Assembly (NCBI GenBank): GCA_973895155.1
Contig: OZ316896.1
Coordinates: 17,782,754-17,846,753 of the forward strand
Length of the DNA: 64,000 nucleotides
Reading direction: 5' to 3'
Origin: Marsupella aquatica
Taxonomy: Eukaryota; Plantae; Marchantiophyta
Part shown: positions 60,681 to 64,000 of the stretch, in pieces
How positions within the stretch are numbered: the first letter of the stretch is position 1
How the letters are laid out: each line of letters begins with the position of its first letter
Translations under genes and position numbers: made by a program
The notes under the pieces: generated by a model
The model's database searches: none
Told to the model about the DNA's origin: nothing
Seen by the model: only the letters and a program-made list of their open reading frames with translations

Positions 60681-63545
60681 AGTACTCGTCGCCTTCTCCT
60701 TCCCGTAGTTAATAATTCTCTGTGTGCTCTTCCTCGTCCCGTCTGCTGTTTGGAGCCTTCACTGCTTCCGCGTAAGAAGCACCGACGTTGTTTACTGTCG
60801 TTGGCTCTGCAGCAGGAGTCAGTCTTTCGTGACCTTGTGAGTAATCCTGCTCTCCTTTATTTGTCTCGCGGAATCACCCTGGCTTCCGACATTTCGCTCC
60901 CTAGTTGTTCCTATCTTTCGATCTGCATTCGTTCTTAATTACATTAACCGGCCTCCTGATCTCCTACCTAATCCATTGCCTTTCAAACCAAGATGTGCTT
61001 GTGTCTCTTGTCCTTCCCGATTCGGCGAGCTCATAGTTCAGTGATTCCTGCATAAAACTCTGTCTGCACATGTCTCGGCCACCCTGTGTCCTTGCTCAAG
61101 AGCGCCATCGCCAGCCCCCGCCCGTTTGCTCTTGCAAGTCATGAATCCTGGCACACAGATCATTGATATACTATATTGAGGTTTTACTTAGGACTAGTAT
61201 GTAGAACAGACAGATCATGAATCTGCCGACATTGTGTGTACTGTTGTGAGCAGACAGATGAAATGTGAAATAGGACAACATCTTAAACGTTTTCTGCATT
61301 CAATAATGACCATTATGAGTCTTCTTGACTGGGGTGAACACACCTTTGTCCCCTGTGAATATGGTGGGATATTTTTCTCCGAAAAAGGTGTTAATTTTGT
61401 AGTAGATTGCTGTACTCCAAGCACAGTTGATGGAAGGTGTCTGGCATGATTCTGATTTTATGTCCATAAAAGAGAAGTGAAATTTCAAACGAGAATTGAG
61501 GACCTGAAACCTATTGGATCGCGCTGGCTGGAGAATTGAATTTTGAATCAATAGAGGGAATACTCATTCATGGAACACTCCTATGCGCTGGCTGACAGTG
61601 TTGAAAAAAGTTGGAAAATTGTGGAAAATTCTAATATCCTATCCCCATCCATATCATATGTATTATGGACCTCCAAAAGGCCATTACAAAGTTCCCTCCA
61701 TCTATTACAAGAAACCGTTCTGTCAAGAGGCAACATTATGCAAATGGGGCCCTCGGACCGAACGTTCACCAGACGGTAACCGGGACAAGAGATCAATATT
61801 AGGTATTTGTGGTTTAGTTGCACAATCCGACACTTACAAACTGTGCAATTTTTTGTTGCACAAATTACAAAGGAAAGTGCTGTCATTTTAGGGGACTACA
61901 CAAGCATGCAGTTATACACGGTGCACTTATGCAAGGTAGACCTTATATTGTAGACTTGAGACTAGATATCATCGATGGTGGCCCAAACACGGAAAAAGCA
62001 GATTGACCTGACGCAGACATGGACCACGCTATCCAGGCCAAGTCAAACCAGCTTATATTACTGTACAGAGCACATGAAGCTACTGTACTTACTTCCTGAA
62101 AAGCGGACTATTTTGATTGAATCTCTCGTCAATCATACAGCTTGTATTCAATCTCTGCCACCTAAATCAGACAGCGCCGATACAATCTCTACCTCGTCAT
62201 TCAGACGGGTGCGATTCAACAATCTTTCTTCAATCAGGCAATCAGGCTGACATACTACCAAGGTCTGTCCAAGAATTGGGATGCACTTCTCTAGCAAGTA
62301 ATATGCCCTCTGACTCAATGTGCACACGTTCTTGCGGGGCCAAGCAAAACTATCTTTTATTATCGTCGTAGGAGAATTGTAGTTTGTGGGTCCATAGCAC
62401 GGTAGGCTATCTCGTTGCTACCACAGTGAACCAATATTAAAACAATTGGAAATGAAAACCACATTCACGGTTTGGGGTAGCTGCATATCTGCAGACCTTG
62501 GTCAGCTTCCGCTCCCGCAGGGAGAGTTTGTACTAGTGGACTCCGCAAAGTGCTGTGGATCGCCTCGTCTCTCAGTAGGTTCGAGCAGTGTCATCCGTCA
62601 CTCGGTCCCGTCTAATTTCACTGGGTGATGGCGACATTTGTCAACCAGGGTTACAAAACGGAGCTCTTTCTGAGTAGATTGGCCCATGAACAACGCGATT
62701 CGACACCGGCAGTGTCGATGTGGACTTCGATCTGCCGGTTGAAGTTTTCAAGGATGAGGTGCTGGACCTTCTAGTCTTTGGATCTGGACAGCTTTTCTAG
62801 GACTAATTGGGCTGGGAGCTATTTCGATGACCTCAGACGAATGGGAGGAAACTTAAACTAGTTGAATACTTCTCTGTCCGTCTGCCCCCCGGACAGATTC
62901 ATCAACGTCAGTTGCATAGGAAAGAATGTGCTGTCTGAACATGATCTCAAACAAACAGACTCAAATTCTGAAATTGTCATAGCGTGATTACATTTGGTAC
63001 AAGCAAGCTGTTTTTACTCGTAATTCTCACATTAGACTGGATCTAAACCTGAAGTTTGAACCCGCTTTAGTAGCATTCCGTCTTTGCGAAATCGGGATCA
63101 TTCAAGGATCTTTTGTGCGATGACATGTGTATATGAATGCCTGTAGATACTCATGTCCCCAATTGTCCTACGCGCGAGCGGGACGACTGCAAACTGCTCA
63201 CTTGCATTAAATGAATCAGCGTTTCCGTAGGTTACGATCTTTCTAGGGTTAGATCCGGGCTTCTCTTCGCGTTATCCAAACATTGATCAAAACTTCGGAC
63301 AAACACAAGCAAGTTCTGTTTAAACCTGTGTCATTTGGTTCCTACCGCGGGCTCTCTGCAAGCTGATGCGGAGTCTACAATTGGTTTTGTACGGTCATCA
63401 CTTTCGTTCTTTCCATGATTAATTGGTGATTGATGTTTGTAGACTCGAGTTTTGAGGCTCGACAGAGCAAGTCCACTCTGGAGGTAGCTGCAAAATTGAT
63501 GTCTGACCAGAACACGTTTTTCGGGCGTACTAATAAGCCATCGCT

Positions 63546-64000
63546 ATGGGTCAGGGGGGCTCTTCTAGTCTCACACAATCTGCACAGCCCTGCAATACTA
63601 ATATTCAATTCAAGCAGGTACTATCTTTCCTTGAAACTTTTTTATTTTAATCAGGTACTATCTTTGATCAGTACTTCTTTGGAAATACCCGTTTTGTTTT
63701 GAGATGGCTACTTGCGACAATATGCTACCGAACAATCGATCTCCATCATTACTATTTTGAATTGATCTATCCGTAAGTGTTCTGTTTCTGTGCTGTATCC
63801 AATTTGAGCTCTGAACAGGAATTTTGTATGCTTACTGTACGTTGGCGTGCTTGGGTTTTACAGCTTAATGAATCTCTCTTTGAACTCCACAAACCGAGAG
63901 GGCAACCTAGTATCGTGATCTTATTCTTTCACGGCTTTCAGCATGGAAACTATGAAATGCCCATTTATCAACATGGAAAACTGAGGATGGATCATCCACA
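63546..64000 (+). CDS. NLR copy 4, 5' part, truncated by the window end, with an apparent 1-bp frameshift
   Basis: Exon 63546-63617 encodes MGQGGSSSLTQSAQPCNTNIQFKQ. The exon from 63864 encodes LNESLFELHKP..FFHGFQHGNYE. One A is missing at about 63955 (tatgaaatgccc versus tatgaaaatgccc). Confidence 0.75.

Noticed and set aside
61200-62010. Short ORFs suggesting a decayed TE or gene
   Set aside because: Multiple stops and no recognisable RT, transposase or other motif, so it cannot be assigned.
63950-63960. Calling NLR copy 4 a pseudogene
   Set aside because: A single-base loss in an A run may be a sequencing error, and the rest of the gene lies outside the window.

Overview
This is eukaryotic, intron-containing plant DNA, most likely from a non-seed land plant such as a liverwort, judged from its hydrolase-type NLRs. 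The window has three main parts. (1) A conserved multi-exon coiled-coil/Gln-rich gene lies at about 3.9-8.8 kb. (2) A tandem cluster of alpha/beta-hydrolase-NB-ARC-LRR immune receptors follows, with two frameshifted copies, one intact copy, one copy cut by the window end, and fragments. Each complete copy has an unannotated phase-0 exon encoding an NBR1-type ZZ zinc finger between NB-ARC and LRR. (3) A roughly 13-15 kb DNA transposon (about 36-50.8 kb) is inserted just upstream of the intact NLR. It encodes a Sola-like DDD transposase on the + strand. On the - strand it encodes a large ParB-like/N4-N6 DNA-methyltransferase-fold protein and an FCP1/NIF-type HAD phosphatase. About 20 copies of a 17-bp palindrome (CTCGAGA-N3-TCTCGAG) sit almost only in its introns and UTRs, and their orientation switches at the divergent promoter. 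This transposon cassette is the best candidate for an undescribed system. All family assignments come from reading motifs by eye; no database searches were run.
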